From positions 1 to 45,851 of IMG/VR virus record IMGVR_UViG_3300005980_000004: a DNA stretch of 45,851 bases; one strand, given 5' to 3'. Within the stretch, counting starts at the first letter, position 1; the number at the start of each line of letters is the position of its first letter. The translations under genes and the position numbers were made by a program. The notes under the pieces were generated by a model. It worked only from the letters and a program-made list of their open reading frames with translations, did not search any database and was not told where the DNA came from. The stretch is from a virus. Taxonomy: Duplodnaviria; Caudoviricetes. Below, in pieces: positions 18,072 through 26,869 of the stretch.

Positions 18072-19202
18072 TTAGCCGGCGATCCGAGTACCCAGCTCAG
18101 GACGGACGCAAGCGCCGCCATAGAGGATGTCGAACGAGTAGCGGGTCTGTTTGTGCTGACGGGTGATTTCCAGGCGCAGCGACAGGCCGGACACTGGGTC
18201 AACCTGGGATACGCTGATCACGGCCGGGTGCGACACTTCCTGCAGCGGACGAGTAGCGAAGGCGATCGCATCGCGGTGGAAGGCCAGGTTCATCACGTGA
18301 CTGGCTTTCAGGGTGACAGTTTCACCGCCGGCGGTGGCAACTGCCAAGCCTGGGTAGATCGAAACGCTGGTGTTACCGACGGCCAGAGTGGTAGCAGCAG
18401 TCACCACGTAGGTCTGAGAGCTACCGGCGAAACTGATGATGTCGCCTTTTACCAGCGGGCTGGCGTTGGTTGCTTTGGCGATCGATACCACCTTAGCACC
18501 GACAGCATTGACGCCGTTCGCGGTGCAAGCGCCGGAAGTCAGCGGGGTAGATACGAAGGTAGGGACCTGCTGGTCTGCGTACCAGTCGAAGCCTACCTTG
18601 CGGCCGATAACGCCCTCAACCAGGGTGGTGTTGTTGCCGGCCATTTGTGCCTGCTGGAACATCGGCAGGACGATGGCGTTACCTTCCGAGTCCATGTCCA
18701 GCACGATGCGGCGGTCGCCAGTCGGTGCCAGTTGCTTGTTCAGCAGCTTGCGCGCGATCGATGCCGCAGTAGTGTCGGAGGCAAACGGCGTGGTGCCTGG
18801 GGTACCGGACATGCTGAAGAAGCTGGTGCCCAGGTTGAGGATGTAAGCGTTGACGTTGTTCGCAATCGCCTTGATGGCCTCGGTCGCCTGCATCGGCACG
18901 TAGCCATTCATCACGTTCATGGCTTCTTGGTCGGTGATGTAGAACGGCGCTTCGTACCACTGATCCAGGGTGATCGGCACGCTGGTCGGCGAGGTGTCGG
19001 CGGTCACTGGCGGGGTTGCACCAGGGGCGACCGGCTGCGCAGCGATAGCGGAAGGGATCGGCACGTTGATGACCGAGTTCTTTTCCTGAGCGGCGCCCTG
19101 GTAGTCAGAGTTGACCAGGCGGGGCATAACGTTCATGGCGCGCAACGCGACCAGGCCTTGAGCCAGGAGAGGCGTTGCGACTTGCGTTAATACGTTGGAC
19201 AT
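18072..19202 (-). CDS. Major capsid protein (P22 coat-like)
   Basis: 376 aa; NLAFHRDAIAFATRPL and FDILYG....RPE motifs. Confidence 0.9.
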   Translation of the reverse strand: MSNVLTQVATPLLAQGLVALRAMNVMPRLVNSDYQGAAQEKNSVINVPIPSAIAAQPVAPGATPPVTADTSPTSVPITLDQWYEAPFYITDQEAMNVMNGYVPMQATEAIKAIANNVNAYILNLGTSFFSMSGTPGTTPFASDTTAASIARKLLNKQLAPTGDRRIVLDMDSEGNAIVLPMFQQAQMAGNNTTLVEGVIGRKVGFDWYADQQVPTFVSTPLTSGACTANGVNAVGAKVVSIAKATNASPLVKGDIISFAGSSQTYVVTAATTLAVGNTSVSIYPGLAVATAGGETVTLKASHVMNLAFHRDAIAFATRPLQEVSHPAVISVSQVDPVSGLSLRLEITRQHKQTRYSFDILYGGACVRPELGTRIAG

Positions 19203-19229
19203 GAGAGCGGCCTTTTATGAATTTTGCCC

Positions 19230-19256
19230 AAAAAAAAGCCGCTGACGTGAGCGGCT
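19230..19256 (-). terminator. Terminator-like hairpin between scaffold and coat
   Basis: AGCCGCT-CACGTC-AGCGGCT followed by a long T-run. Confidence 0.6.
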
Positions 19257-19275
19257 GGAGGCTTGATATGGGTTG

Positions 19276-20019
19276 TTAAACGACTTTGATGCTCCCGTTG
19301 GCAATAGCCTCGAGGTTTGCGCCAATAGCCGCTTTGTCAGTGGAGGCGACCGAAGTGATCCCGCCATTGCTGTTGCTGTCCGACTGCTTCCCGCCGCCGT
19401 TTGCGCCGGACGCCTCGAAGGCTCGGCCATAAATTGCATCGCCGCGCATCTCGCTGACGAATTCTTGAATACTGAGAGGGTTTCCCGCTGCGTTCACGCG
19501 CGGATTGCCTTCCTTGTCGACGATCACGGTCCTGTACTGGCCGTTATCGTTGATTACCTGCGTAGCCGACTTGACGTGCGGTAGCAGGAGCTCTGGAGAC
19601 CCCTTGTGCTGGGCGATGGCTGCGATTGCTGCGGCGTCGATCAGATGACTTTCGAGCGACTTTTGCATGGAAGCCTTCTCGGCATCGCGCCGCGAAAGCT
19701 CTGCCTGGGACTTTTCAAGGTCCAGCTTGCGGAGCTTTTCAAACTCGCCAGCCTTAAATGCAGCATCTTCTTCGATTTTTGCCTGGGCTTCGATCAGCGT
19801 CTGAATTTCTTCCGGGGTTTTACCCAGAGATCTCCAAGCCTTCGCTTGCGCCTCACCATCGCGCGCAGCTTTGCGCTCTTTTTCAAGGGCGCTCTTCAGG
19901 CCGCTGGTATCTTCAAGGCCGGACACGTCCAGCTTGAATTTAGCGCCGTCCGCCACGTACAGCCCGCGAACCGGCTCCGGCAATGCGTCAAGCGAATCAA
20001 CAATCAAATCAAGCGCCAT
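19276..20019 (-). CDS. Capsid scaffolding protein
   Basis: Coiled coil, GLKSALEKER motif, Gly-rich C-terminal linker; precedes the coat gene. Confidence 0.85.
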   Translation of the reverse strand: MALDLIVDSLDALPEPVRGLYVADGAKFKLDVSGLEDTSGLKSALEKERKAARDGEAQAKAWRSLGKTPEEIQTLIEAQAKIEEDAAFKAGEFEKLRKLDLEKSQAELSRRDAEKASMQKSLESHLIDAAAIAAIAQHKGSPELLLPHVKSATQVINDNGQYRTVIVDKEGNPRVNAAGNPLSIQEFVSEMRGDAIYGRAFEASGANGGGKQSDSNSNGGITSVASTDKAAIGANLEAIANGSIKVV

Positions 20020-20081
20020 CTGGTAATCCCTCTCGGATTTATTGCGCGAGCGTCACGCTCACAGAGAAAAGCAGCAAACCG

Positions 20082-21497
20082 TCACGGCTGGCTGTCTGTA
20101 ATATTTATGTTCGTAGGTGCTAAATCAGGCGGCAGAGGCGATTTCGGCAGACGCTTACTCTCAACGTCCCAACTGAGGTCAGGATTGATCGCGCTGCGCC
20201 GAACCATTTCATTGAAGAACGTTTCCTTTGAAATCAGCCCAGACTTCGCCGCATCAAGCAGCACGCTTTCGGTCTGTCCGGTGATGGAAGACACCACGAA
20301 GTCGTCGAACACGTCGATGTTGCCCGCCTCATCAAGCCCGGCCCACTTCTGCATGGCATGCACGACCTTATCCAGCGCATTTTCCAAGCCCTGCGCCATG
20401 GCGGAGAGTTGGCATTCCTGGCTGGACGAGTCCAGCGCGGCCTGGGTCGCTGTGACATCGCCCACGGTAGGAATGAGCAGCTCGGCCCCAAGGAAGCGCA
20501 TGCGCTCCTCAATGTCTTTGATGGAGTCGCGACCGGCGCCGATGGCTTTGCCGCTGTGCTCGACAAATTTCAATTCAGCATTGGCCGGCAGCTCAACAAG
20601 CGAGCCGGCGCCGATGCTGACCGGTGTCGCGGTATCACCCTGGTCGACCACGCCAATCCGCGCCAGGATCGGTACCCGGCTGATATGCAGAATTGCCGTC
20701 TGGTCGCTGTAGGACTGCCAGTGCTCGATGTTCAGGTCGGCCAGGTTGCGCAGTGGCGGCGCGGCGGTCATGAAACCGGTACGCTTGGTGTAGTAGGTGA
20801 CGAGCGGGATGAAGTCGAGCGGCACGTCTTTTTTGAGAAGGACTTCGCCGCTGTCGTTCAATACCCAGTCGTCTTTGTCGTTCTTGCGGTACGTGGACCA
20901 GCGGCCGATTTCAAGCACACGGACCTGGGTAATGACCTGGGTGCCAAACAGGCCGTCATCCTCGGTGACCGATTCACGGATTCGCAATTGGGTCAGGCGC
21001 TCGACGCCGCCAATCTTCTTGCTTTTCCAGCCAAGAATGCTGGTTGGCAACACATGCACGGCGTAGGGGCGAACGCCCATGGCGCGCTCATCGGCAAGCG
21101 TCTTCACGCTGTCCGTGCGGTCAAAGTCGACCAAAACGTGCGTCAGTCCGTATTTGAGGCCGGCGATCAGCACTTCACTGGCGAAGACGTGCAGATTTCG
21201 CTCGGACAGATCGATGTTGTCCATCCACGCTTCAGCAGTTGAGCCGAAGCCTTCGTACTTGATCGGCTCGGCGAACGGCTTTGATGCCAGGTTCTCGATC
21301 GTGTGCTCGAGGGCATTGAACAGCGTCGAAGTTTTCAAGCGGTACGCGTAGTTTTCCGGGCTTTCAGCTTTGAATCGCGGCAAGTACAACTCGCCAGAGG
21401 CTCGCATCGCCTCAGTCCCGCCGCAAAGCGCATCAATCTTGGTCCAGTCGCCCTGCATGTCTTTGACCGCCTGGGACGGTTCATTTAGTTTTTGCAT
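20082..21497 (-). CDS. Portal protein (DUF4055-type)
   Basis: GT..MR.....YLP, PPL..LA.LN..HWQ and TATQ motifs; follows TerL. Confidence 0.9.
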   Translation of the reverse strand: MQKLNEPSQAVKDMQGDWTKIDALCGGTEAMRASGELYLPRFKAESPENYAYRLKTSTLFNALEHTIENLASKPFAEPIKYEGFGSTAEAWMDNIDLSERNLHVFASEVLIAGLKYGLTHVLVDFDRTDSVKTLADERAMGVRPYAVHVLPTSILGWKSKKIGGVERLTQLRIRESVTEDDGLFGTQVITQVRVLEIGRWSTYRKNDKDDWVLNDSGEVLLKKDVPLDFIPLVTYYTKRTGFMTAAPPLRNLADLNIEHWQSYSDQTAILHISRVPILARIGVVDQGDTATPVSIGAGSLVELPANAELKFVEHSGKAIGAGRDSIKDIEERMRFLGAELLIPTVGDVTATQAALDSSSQECQLSAMAQGLENALDKVVHAMQKWAGLDEAGNIDVFDDFVVSSITGQTESVLLDAAKSGLISKETFFNEMVRRSAINPDLSWDVESKRLPKSPLPPDLAPTNINITDSQP

Positions 21498-21498
21498 G

Positions 21499-22983
21499 TT
21501 ATAGGCTCAGGCTGGAGATGCTGGAGGTGCGCACGCGCTTGGTCTTGGCTACGGCGAAATATCGAAATGCGTCAGAGCCGTGCGAGGTCTTATCGTGGAG
21601 CGGCTTGTCCTTCCAGCACCCACGGTTGTCGTCCCACTCTTTCTTGTAGTTTTCGAGATGCCCAATGCCTTCCTCGCACTTGGATTCATCGAACACGCAG
21701 AGCGGGAGGATTTCCCGCGCCGCTTCAATACCGGTGTCAACGCCAGTCCTAGGAACGACCTGGAACCGAATTGAGTACCGCTCACCGTCGATCACATAGC
21801 CTTCTTTGGCGATGTCCTTGCGGCTCTTGGCGTCACTGCCAAACTCGCGGTTCTCGATGTCGTGCGGCCCCCAGTGCTCGGAGTAGGTGTAGCCCTTGTC
21901 CTTGAGCACCTTCATGTAATGCCGCAGACCTTCACCGGAGTTCTCGTAGTAGTCGATGACGTGGTACTCGGTGCCGACCTGACGCACAAACCAAATGGCC
22001 GTGGAGTCGCCGACGCCGATGTCCCAGAAGGTCATCACGGGCTGATGACTGTTGTCCGGCACTACCCCGATGCGCTTGCTGGCATAGAGCTTGGCGAACT
22101 GCTTGGCGTAGTACGCGCCTTCGACCGACTGCTGGAACGCTTCGACAGGCAGCGATGGGTATTCCCGCTTCATGTCGTCGCCGAGGGACTTCTCCTTGGC
22201 GGCGTACCAGGCGCGCTGGCCTGGGTTCGTGTCGATTCCGTGCTTGGCGAACAGGTCGTTGAAATAGTCGGTCAGGCGCTGCGGGATGACGACGTCAGTC
22301 GGGTCAAGCCAATAGGCCTTGTTCTTCCACCAAGAGAAGAAGAAAAACTTCCAGTCCAGCAAGCCCAGGGGCACGCCGGCCAGTTGTTGGCGCTCCGCGC
22401 TCTGCGAGTAATCGAAGAAGTAGCCCGCCCTGCCCTCCGCCGTCGACTCAATCGTGACGAAGCAATCGGTGGCGACAGCCTCGAAGGCGCCGGTGACGAT
22501 CTCCCGCGCCTTGTGCGGAAACTTGGCGCAGATCTTTCCGAATTCGGATACGTGCAGGTAACGCAGCGTGCCGCCCCGGAAAGACGTGGAAACGTAGATC
22601 GAGCCGCCCTTGCTGAATACAAGCTCGCCGGACGCATCGTTGCGCGCAGGGTTTGCCTTGCGGATCTCGACCGGAAGGTTGTCGTAGGCGTACTTCACCT
22701 TTTCCCGGAACAGGCGCTTGGCGTCGTTCAGGGTGTGAGCGATCAGGGCGCACTTGGCCGACTCGAACAGAGCGGCGTCCAGTTGGATGATGCAGCACTC
22801 GGTTGTGAAGCCGAGCTGCCGAGCCTTCAAGATGATATTTCGGGTATGCAGCCCGTCGAAGTACTCGATCTGCTCGTCCGTCATCCGGAAGCGGACCTTC
22901 TTGCCCGCTTTGTCCGTGATGAAGTAGAGGTTGTTCAGCCTCCAACGCTTGTCCCGGAGCAGCTTCAAGTGCTCGGGCTTCAT
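21499..22983 (-). CDS. terL: Terminase large subunit
   Basis: Walker A ILKARQLGFTT, Walker B LHVSEFG, ESTAEG, nuclease WDIG and H..DAFRY. Confidence 0.95.
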   Translation of the reverse strand: MKPEHLKLLRDKRWRLNNLYFITDKAGKKVRFRMTDEQIEYFDGLHTRNIILKARQLGFTTECCIIQLDAALFESAKCALIAHTLNDAKRLFREKVKYAYDNLPVEIRKANPARNDASGELVFSKGGSIYVSTSFRGGTLRYLHVSEFGKICAKFPHKAREIVTGAFEAVATDCFVTIESTAEGRAGYFFDYSQSAERQQLAGVPLGLLDWKFFFFSWWKNKAYWLDPTDVVIPQRLTDYFNDLFAKHGIDTNPGQRAWYAAKEKSLGDDMKREYPSLPVEAFQQSVEGAYYAKQFAKLYASKRIGVVPDNSHQPVMTFWDIGVGDSTAIWFVRQVGTEYHVIDYYENSGEGLRHYMKVLKDKGYTYSEHWGPHDIENREFGSDAKSRKDIAKEGYVIDGERYSIRFQVVPRTGVDTGIEAAREILPLCVFDESKCEEGIGHLENYKKEWDDNRGCWKDKPLHDKTSHGSDAFRYFAVAKTKRVRTSSISSLSL

Positions 22984-22984
22984 G

Positions 22985-23602
22985 TCAGGCTTCCTTCGAT
23001 AGCTCGTCCATCAGTTTGGATAGGTCTTCGGAATCATCGCCGCCAGACTTGGCATCGAGGTCGTAGGCCTGTCGCTCCAGGGCAACCAGCGTCTTCAGGG
23101 TCTCGGCGAGCTCCTTCATCGTCTTGGTGCGAGAAGGCAGCGCGCCCATCTTGTTAGCCAAGGCCAGAGCGTCGGCCATTGCATCGCCGTCGTCGTGGTC
23201 AGCGTCCTTCAACTGGGCGATCAACTCTTTGATGGTGCCCTGCTCATCGGTCAGCGCTTCCAATTCGTCCAGCAGCTTGTTGGTGAGGCGCCGGCCGCGT
23301 GAGATGTCGCCGCGGTGGGCCATGCGGATATCAGCAATGACCTCGGCATTGGCCTCAACGATTCCACGCTCGGTTGCCAGTGTTTCCGTGGAAACCTTGG
23401 TGGAAACCTCACGCTTGGAAACCAGCGAATCAGCCTTAGCCTTGATCTTGGCTTTAAGGTCTCGCTCCCAGCCTTCCGCTTTTGCGCGCTTGTTGATTGC
23501 GGTATGTGATACGCCGCTTGCCGATGCTATCTCTCGGACGGAGAGCAGACCGGCCCTGAAGAGCTGTTCAATGCGCTCCCAGTCGGGTTGCCTTGCCGCC
23601 AT
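22985..23602 (-). CDS. terS: Terminase small subunit
   Basis: N-terminal HTH (DWERIE..FRAG.LSVREIA...GVS..AI.KRAK..GW); precedes TerL. Confidence 0.85.
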   Translation of the reverse strand: MAARQPDWERIEQLFRAGLLSVREIASASGVSHTAINKRAKAEGWERDLKAKIKAKADSLVSKREVSTKVSTETLATERGIVEANAEVIADIRMAHRGDISRGRRLTNKLLDELEALTDEQGTIKELIAQLKDADHDDGDAMADALALANKMGALPSRTKTMKELAETLKTLVALERQAYDLDAKSGGDDSEDLSKLMDELSKEA

Positions 23603-23612
23603 GTTGAATTCC

Positions 23613-24047
23613 TTATTGCTGCTCAACCTTCACTGTGAGCGTTCTGATCTTCCCGCCAGTGCAGCTATCACGCTTCATGGCCATCTCTACGGCTTGGTAG
23701 GCAGACGCACCCATGTCCATGGCGGTGATGGCGTGAACTGAGCCGCTACCAATGGCGTAGGGCTTGTCAGCGAGCACGACACTCTTCCAAACGCCCTCTC
23801 CGTCGTTGTGCCCGATATTCCAGACGCCCTCGGAGTCAACTACCAAGGCGCCGGCGCCGATGTTCGTGAGCTCTTCGCCGAAGTAGGCGTTGATCAGGCG
23901 CTGGTAATCAGCCGTGTAGCCAGAGAGGATGAACTTCACCCCGTCGCGCTCTATGCACTTGTCGTAGTCGTCGTATGTGATTGCGGAGCCGGCAGTGACT
24001 CGCCCGTAATAGGCGATGATGCCGTCTTTGTAGGCGATCGTCGTCAT
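23613..24047 (-). CDS. Ntn-hydrolase / proteasome beta (HslV)-like protein
   Basis: MTTIA N-terminal Thr, AIGSGS motif and C-terminal D..TGG motif. Confidence 0.75.
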   Translation of the reverse strand: MTTIAYKDGIIAYYGRVTAGSAITYDDYDKCIERDGVKFILSGYTADYQRLINAYFGEELTNIGAGALVVDSEGVWNIGHNDGEGVWKSVVLADKPYAIGSGSVHAITAMDMGASAYQAVEMAMKRDSCTGGKIRTLTVKVEQQ

Positions 24048-24220
24048 GGGGTCGCCTCGTCAGTAGGGATCACTTCGCGGTAACGCTTGGCGATGCGCGC
24101 CTGGGCCTGGAGCTTGTCTTCATCAGCTTCGAGGCCGGCGAGATAGGCGAAGGCATGCACTGCCACAACGTAGAACCTGAACCACCACGGGTAATAGGCC
24201 TTCAGTGTGAGCTTGGCCAT
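24044..24220 (-). CDS. Small hypothetical protein
   Basis: 58 aa; ATGA overlap with the next gene. Confidence 0.5.
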   Translation of the reverse strand: MAKLTLKAYYPWWFRFYVVAVHAFAYLAGLEADEDKLQAQARIAKRYREVIPTDEATP

Positions 24221-24332
24221 ATCAGTCACCGTGGATATGCAACACATTGCGCAACTACCGAGGATTCCTCGGGGGTTCGTGCAATCTATTGCGGAATAGA
24301 GTGGCGCCGGCAATTAGCCTGGCGCCCTTTGT

Positions 24333-24608
24333 TTAAAGAGCCTTCTTCGCCAGCGCTACAGCCTCATCCCAGAACACCGGGAGCTCATGGCCGAGGGCGG
24401 AGAGGATGGTTTCAAGCTTGGCGATCAGGTCGGGCGCTGGTGCGCTTACCTGGGCAACAGGCGCTGCAACCTCAGGGACCACAACGACCGGAGCCGACGG
24501 CGCAATGGCGACTTGTACTTCAACTGGCAATTCGGACATGACTGGAGCCTCTACGAAGAGTTTCGCAATCCATGCGACGATTGATTTCAGGAAGTCAGGG
24601 GTTTTCAT
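24333..24608 (-). CDS. Hypothetical protein
   Basis: 91 aa, Pro/Ala/Val-rich linker; overlaps the holin-like gene. Confidence 0.55.
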   Translation of the reverse strand: MKTPDFLKSIVAWIAKLFVEAPVMSELPVEVQVAIAPSAPVVVVPEVAAPVAQVSAPAPDLIAKLETILSALGHELPVFWDEAVALAKKAL

Positions 24609-24819
24609 TCTTGTCACCGTCAGGCTGTGGCTGTGACAGCACACGGACAACAGCAACGCCGACCCCGAGAGCCATGTTGATGGCGGCGTAGATCAGCGGG
24701 TTGACTGCGCCCTGAAATACAGTCCAGCCGATAGCGCCTGCGTTCAGCACTGCGCCGGCCAGGGCCAGGCGTACAGACCAGAGCTTGTGGCAAGCGGCGA
24801 CATTCTCGATCAGCTTCAT
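24595..24819 (-). CDS. Second holin-like two-TM membrane protein
   Basis: MKLI.N....KLWSV..., two hydrophobic helices, C-terminal R...QP. Confidence 0.65.
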   Translation of the reverse strand: MKLIENVAACHKLWSVRLALAGAVLNAGAIGWTVFQGAVNPLIYAAINMALGVGVAVVRVLSQPQPDGDKNENP

Positions 24820-25130
24820 ATCTCATCTGCCTTGCGCTCAGACCAGCGCTTACCGAGCTGCCGAACTTGGTCAACGCCCAGGATTCCAACGAACCCAGCA
24901 GCGAAGAATGACCAGCCAATGCTGAACCCGAATTCCTTTACGGTCAGCCCTACCACCATCACCATCAGCGCGCCGAGAGTCGCCTCGATCAGCTTGCGTA
25001 CCGTGCTGGTCTCCTTCCCGTCGTATTGGACGCGCAGGTAGATCAGCAGGAAAGTGAGAGCCATTGCTAGGCCGTTATCCCGAAGTGCGGAGAGGACGAG
25101 CGCCCAGAAGGAAGGGTCTTTTTCGGGCAT
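24816..25130 (-). CDS. Holin, lambda S family
   Basis: MPEKDP N-terminus, three TM segments, G.LGVD..R motif, basic C-terminus. Confidence 0.85.
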   Translation of the reverse strand: MPEKDPSFWALVLSALRDNGLAMALTFLLIYLRVQYDGKETSTVRKLIEATLGALMVMVVGLTVKEFGFSIGWSFFAAGFVGILGVDQVRQLGKRWSERKADEI

Positions 25131-25420
25131 GATTTTCAATCCGAAGTCCTCCCTTCTGGGAGTAGGAGAATAAAAAAGACCGTCAGGTAGCGGCCAAACG
25201 CTGGGGAGCAGCGGCGAATAGGTCAGCCCCTGCAGCACTCCCGGCTTAGCGCAACGGGTGTGGAGGGGCTGAAAACGACGAAGCCCCGCACAGTGGCGAG
25301 GCTTCTAAATGGGTGGAGATGGAAGTCCTGTCAGGCTTCGGTCGTGGCGTTTCCCTCCAGTCCCCACGCTGACTGTTACCCCTGCACGTTTCCGCCGGGC
25401 TTTGATCATCTCCAGAAAGC

Positions 25421-25448
25421 AAAAAGCCCGACACAGTGGCCGGGCTTT
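25421..25448 (-). terminator. tR'-like terminator in the late leader
   Basis: AAAGCCCG-GCCACTGTGT-CGGGCTTTTT; a related hairpin with the same CCACTGTG loop at about 25281-25305. Confidence 0.7.
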
Positions 25449-25488
25449 CTTCCTGCGCTACATACAAACGTACATAACCCAAGATGAC

Positions 25489-25520
25489 GTAATATTCGGA
25501 CACGCGGACAGAAAAGGCAA
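25489..25520 (-). promoter_or_regulatory. Putative pR' late promoter with tandem TGTCCG repeat
   Basis: TTGCCT-N18-AATATT; TGTCCG-CG-TGTCCG lies in the spacer; upstream of the tR'-like terminator and holin. Confidence 0.5.
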
Positions 25521-25528
25521 GCGCTTTT

Positions 25529-25720
25529 TCAGCGACTTCCAATTTTTTCGGCCATCTCACGCATTCTTTTCCGCTGATCCTTGATCTCCTCGTCCGTGCG
25601 CACCCTCTTGGGCCTGCCAGCCGCTTCCTTTTCGATGATGTCGTTGCTCGCCTTCTGGCTGTAGAGCCAGATTGCGGCGATGGACGAGAGGATGCCAACG
25701 GCAATGATGATGGTGTTCAT
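25529..25720 (-). CDS. Small membrane-anchored hypothetical protein
   Basis: N-terminal TM then charged tail; ATGA overlap. Confidence 0.6.
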   Translation of the reverse strand: MNTIIIAVGILSSIAAIWLYSQKASNDIIEKEAAGRPKRVRTDEEIKDQRKRMREMAEKIGSR

Positions 25721-25995
25721 GGCTTCACCTTCACGCCCTGATAGGACAGCATGCCGCGACACCGATCAAGCACGTAGCCAGGAAGGTCAACATTGGCGAA
25801 TTCAGTGACCTTCGGCAGCTCAACCTCTATCGAGCGCGCTGCCTGCCATGCAACCCATGCCAATTCCAGCGAGTCCGCATAATAGGTTCCGTCTGGTGTC
25901 ACGTAGCAAATCCAGTCGAATGGATCATCTTCGCCATCCCATTCGCCGCTATCTCGCGCCCACGCTTCAAACTCTTCGCGCATCTTGTCGCTCAC
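25717..25995 (-). CDS. Hypothetical phage protein
   Basis: MREEFEAW...AW.AWQA motif common in Pseudomonas phage small proteins. Confidence 0.7.
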   Translation of the reverse strand: MSDKMREEFEAWARDSGEWDGEDDPFDWICYVTPDGTYYADSLELAWVAWQAARSIEVELPKVTEFANVDLPGYVLDRCRGMLSYQGVKVKP

Positions 25996-26207
25996 GATTC
26001 ACCTCGGGAGCGCTGCTCGATTATGCGATCTAATCCTTCACCAGTGGCTACTGGAATATCCCAAATAGCCTTTCTTCCGGCCTTCCAGGCATCCCAGCAA
26101 TCCACAGTGGCGGGATTGACGTATTCGCCAGAACCGCCCTTCTCGACCGAAACCTTCAGGTCTTCAGTCGCGTGCTTTTCGAATTCTTCTTGCTTGTAGT
26201 CGGTCAT
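25992..26207 (-). CDS. Hypothetical phage protein
   Basis: EEFE...Y...W.AW.AG motif; ATGA overlaps on both sides. Confidence 0.65.
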   Translation of the reverse strand: MTDYKQEEFEKHATEDLKVSVEKGGSGEYVNPATVDCWDAWKAGRKAIWDIPVATGEGLDRIIEQRSRGES

Positions 26208-26869
26208 GCTGCCTGCTCCCCAAGTACGCCCGCTTCCTCAAGAATCAATTGTGCTTCCACCAGAGCGGTATCCACAAGGCTTTCCAGGGCTTTATGGATG
26301 GACTGCCTCCAGCGGCGGTAGGTGCGGTCGTCGAGGCCCTGGGCGTCCCAAGTGGTCATGTCGTAATTGGAATCGGCCAGGATTATCGCACCATCCTGCT
26401 GCGAGGTCCGGCGCTTGGCCGCTGATGCGTTTGCTCGCTCGACTGCGGCCTTTGCAGCCTCTACCCGCCACGCTGGTGCGTCTTTGTCGTGTTCGACCGC
26501 TACCGCCTTCACAGGCTCCTTGCGCACGCCCTTGATTTGAGGGATGGCCCAGGCGGTCACAGCCTTGCGGGTGAACAGTTGCGGCGCCGGGCTGGTCACG
26601 ATCGCAACCAGCCGGCCGGTCGCCTCGATCTTGCGCCCATTGTGCGTGCTGAACTTGGCAGTCAGGGCGAACCAATGGCGCTGGCTCAGCACCTTGTGGA
26701 GCAGCTTGTGGACGATGCAGTCCTGCAGTAGCGACCACTCCTTTCCGTTGATCTCCCCTTTCTGCTTGGCGCACTGGACCTTTGGCTCGAAATCACACCC
26801 ACCGGCCGAGTTGATGGTCTCAGCAGCCAGGGCACGGACAACAGCAGATACCACGTTGCGATAGCTCAT
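26204..26869 (-). CDS. Putative late antiterminator (Q-like)
   Basis: Position at the end of the nin region before the late promoter; C-terminal TYRRWR....LE.LVD.AL..A motif. Confidence 0.55.
   Translation of the reverse strand: MSYRNVVSAVVRALAAETINSAGGCDFEPKVQCAKQKGEINGKEWSLLQDCIVHKLLHKVLSQRHWFALTAKFSTHNGRKIEATGRLVAIVTSPAPQLFTRKAVTAWAIPQIKGVRKEPVKAVAVEHDKDAPAWRVEAAKAAVERANASAAKRRTSQQDGAIILADSNYDMTTWDAQGLDDRTYRRWRQSIHKALESLVDTALVEAQLILEEAGVLGEQAA

Noticed and set aside
19276-21497. Missing prohead protease and minor head protein as a sign of a defective head
   Set aside because: A P22-like coat with a separate scaffold needs no protease, and no broken ORFs are visible.
25314-25414. Twister ribozyme (AAGCCCGG...TGCAG on the minus strand)
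   Set aside because: The P4 partner strand and the cleavage-site/pseudoknot elements could not be placed.
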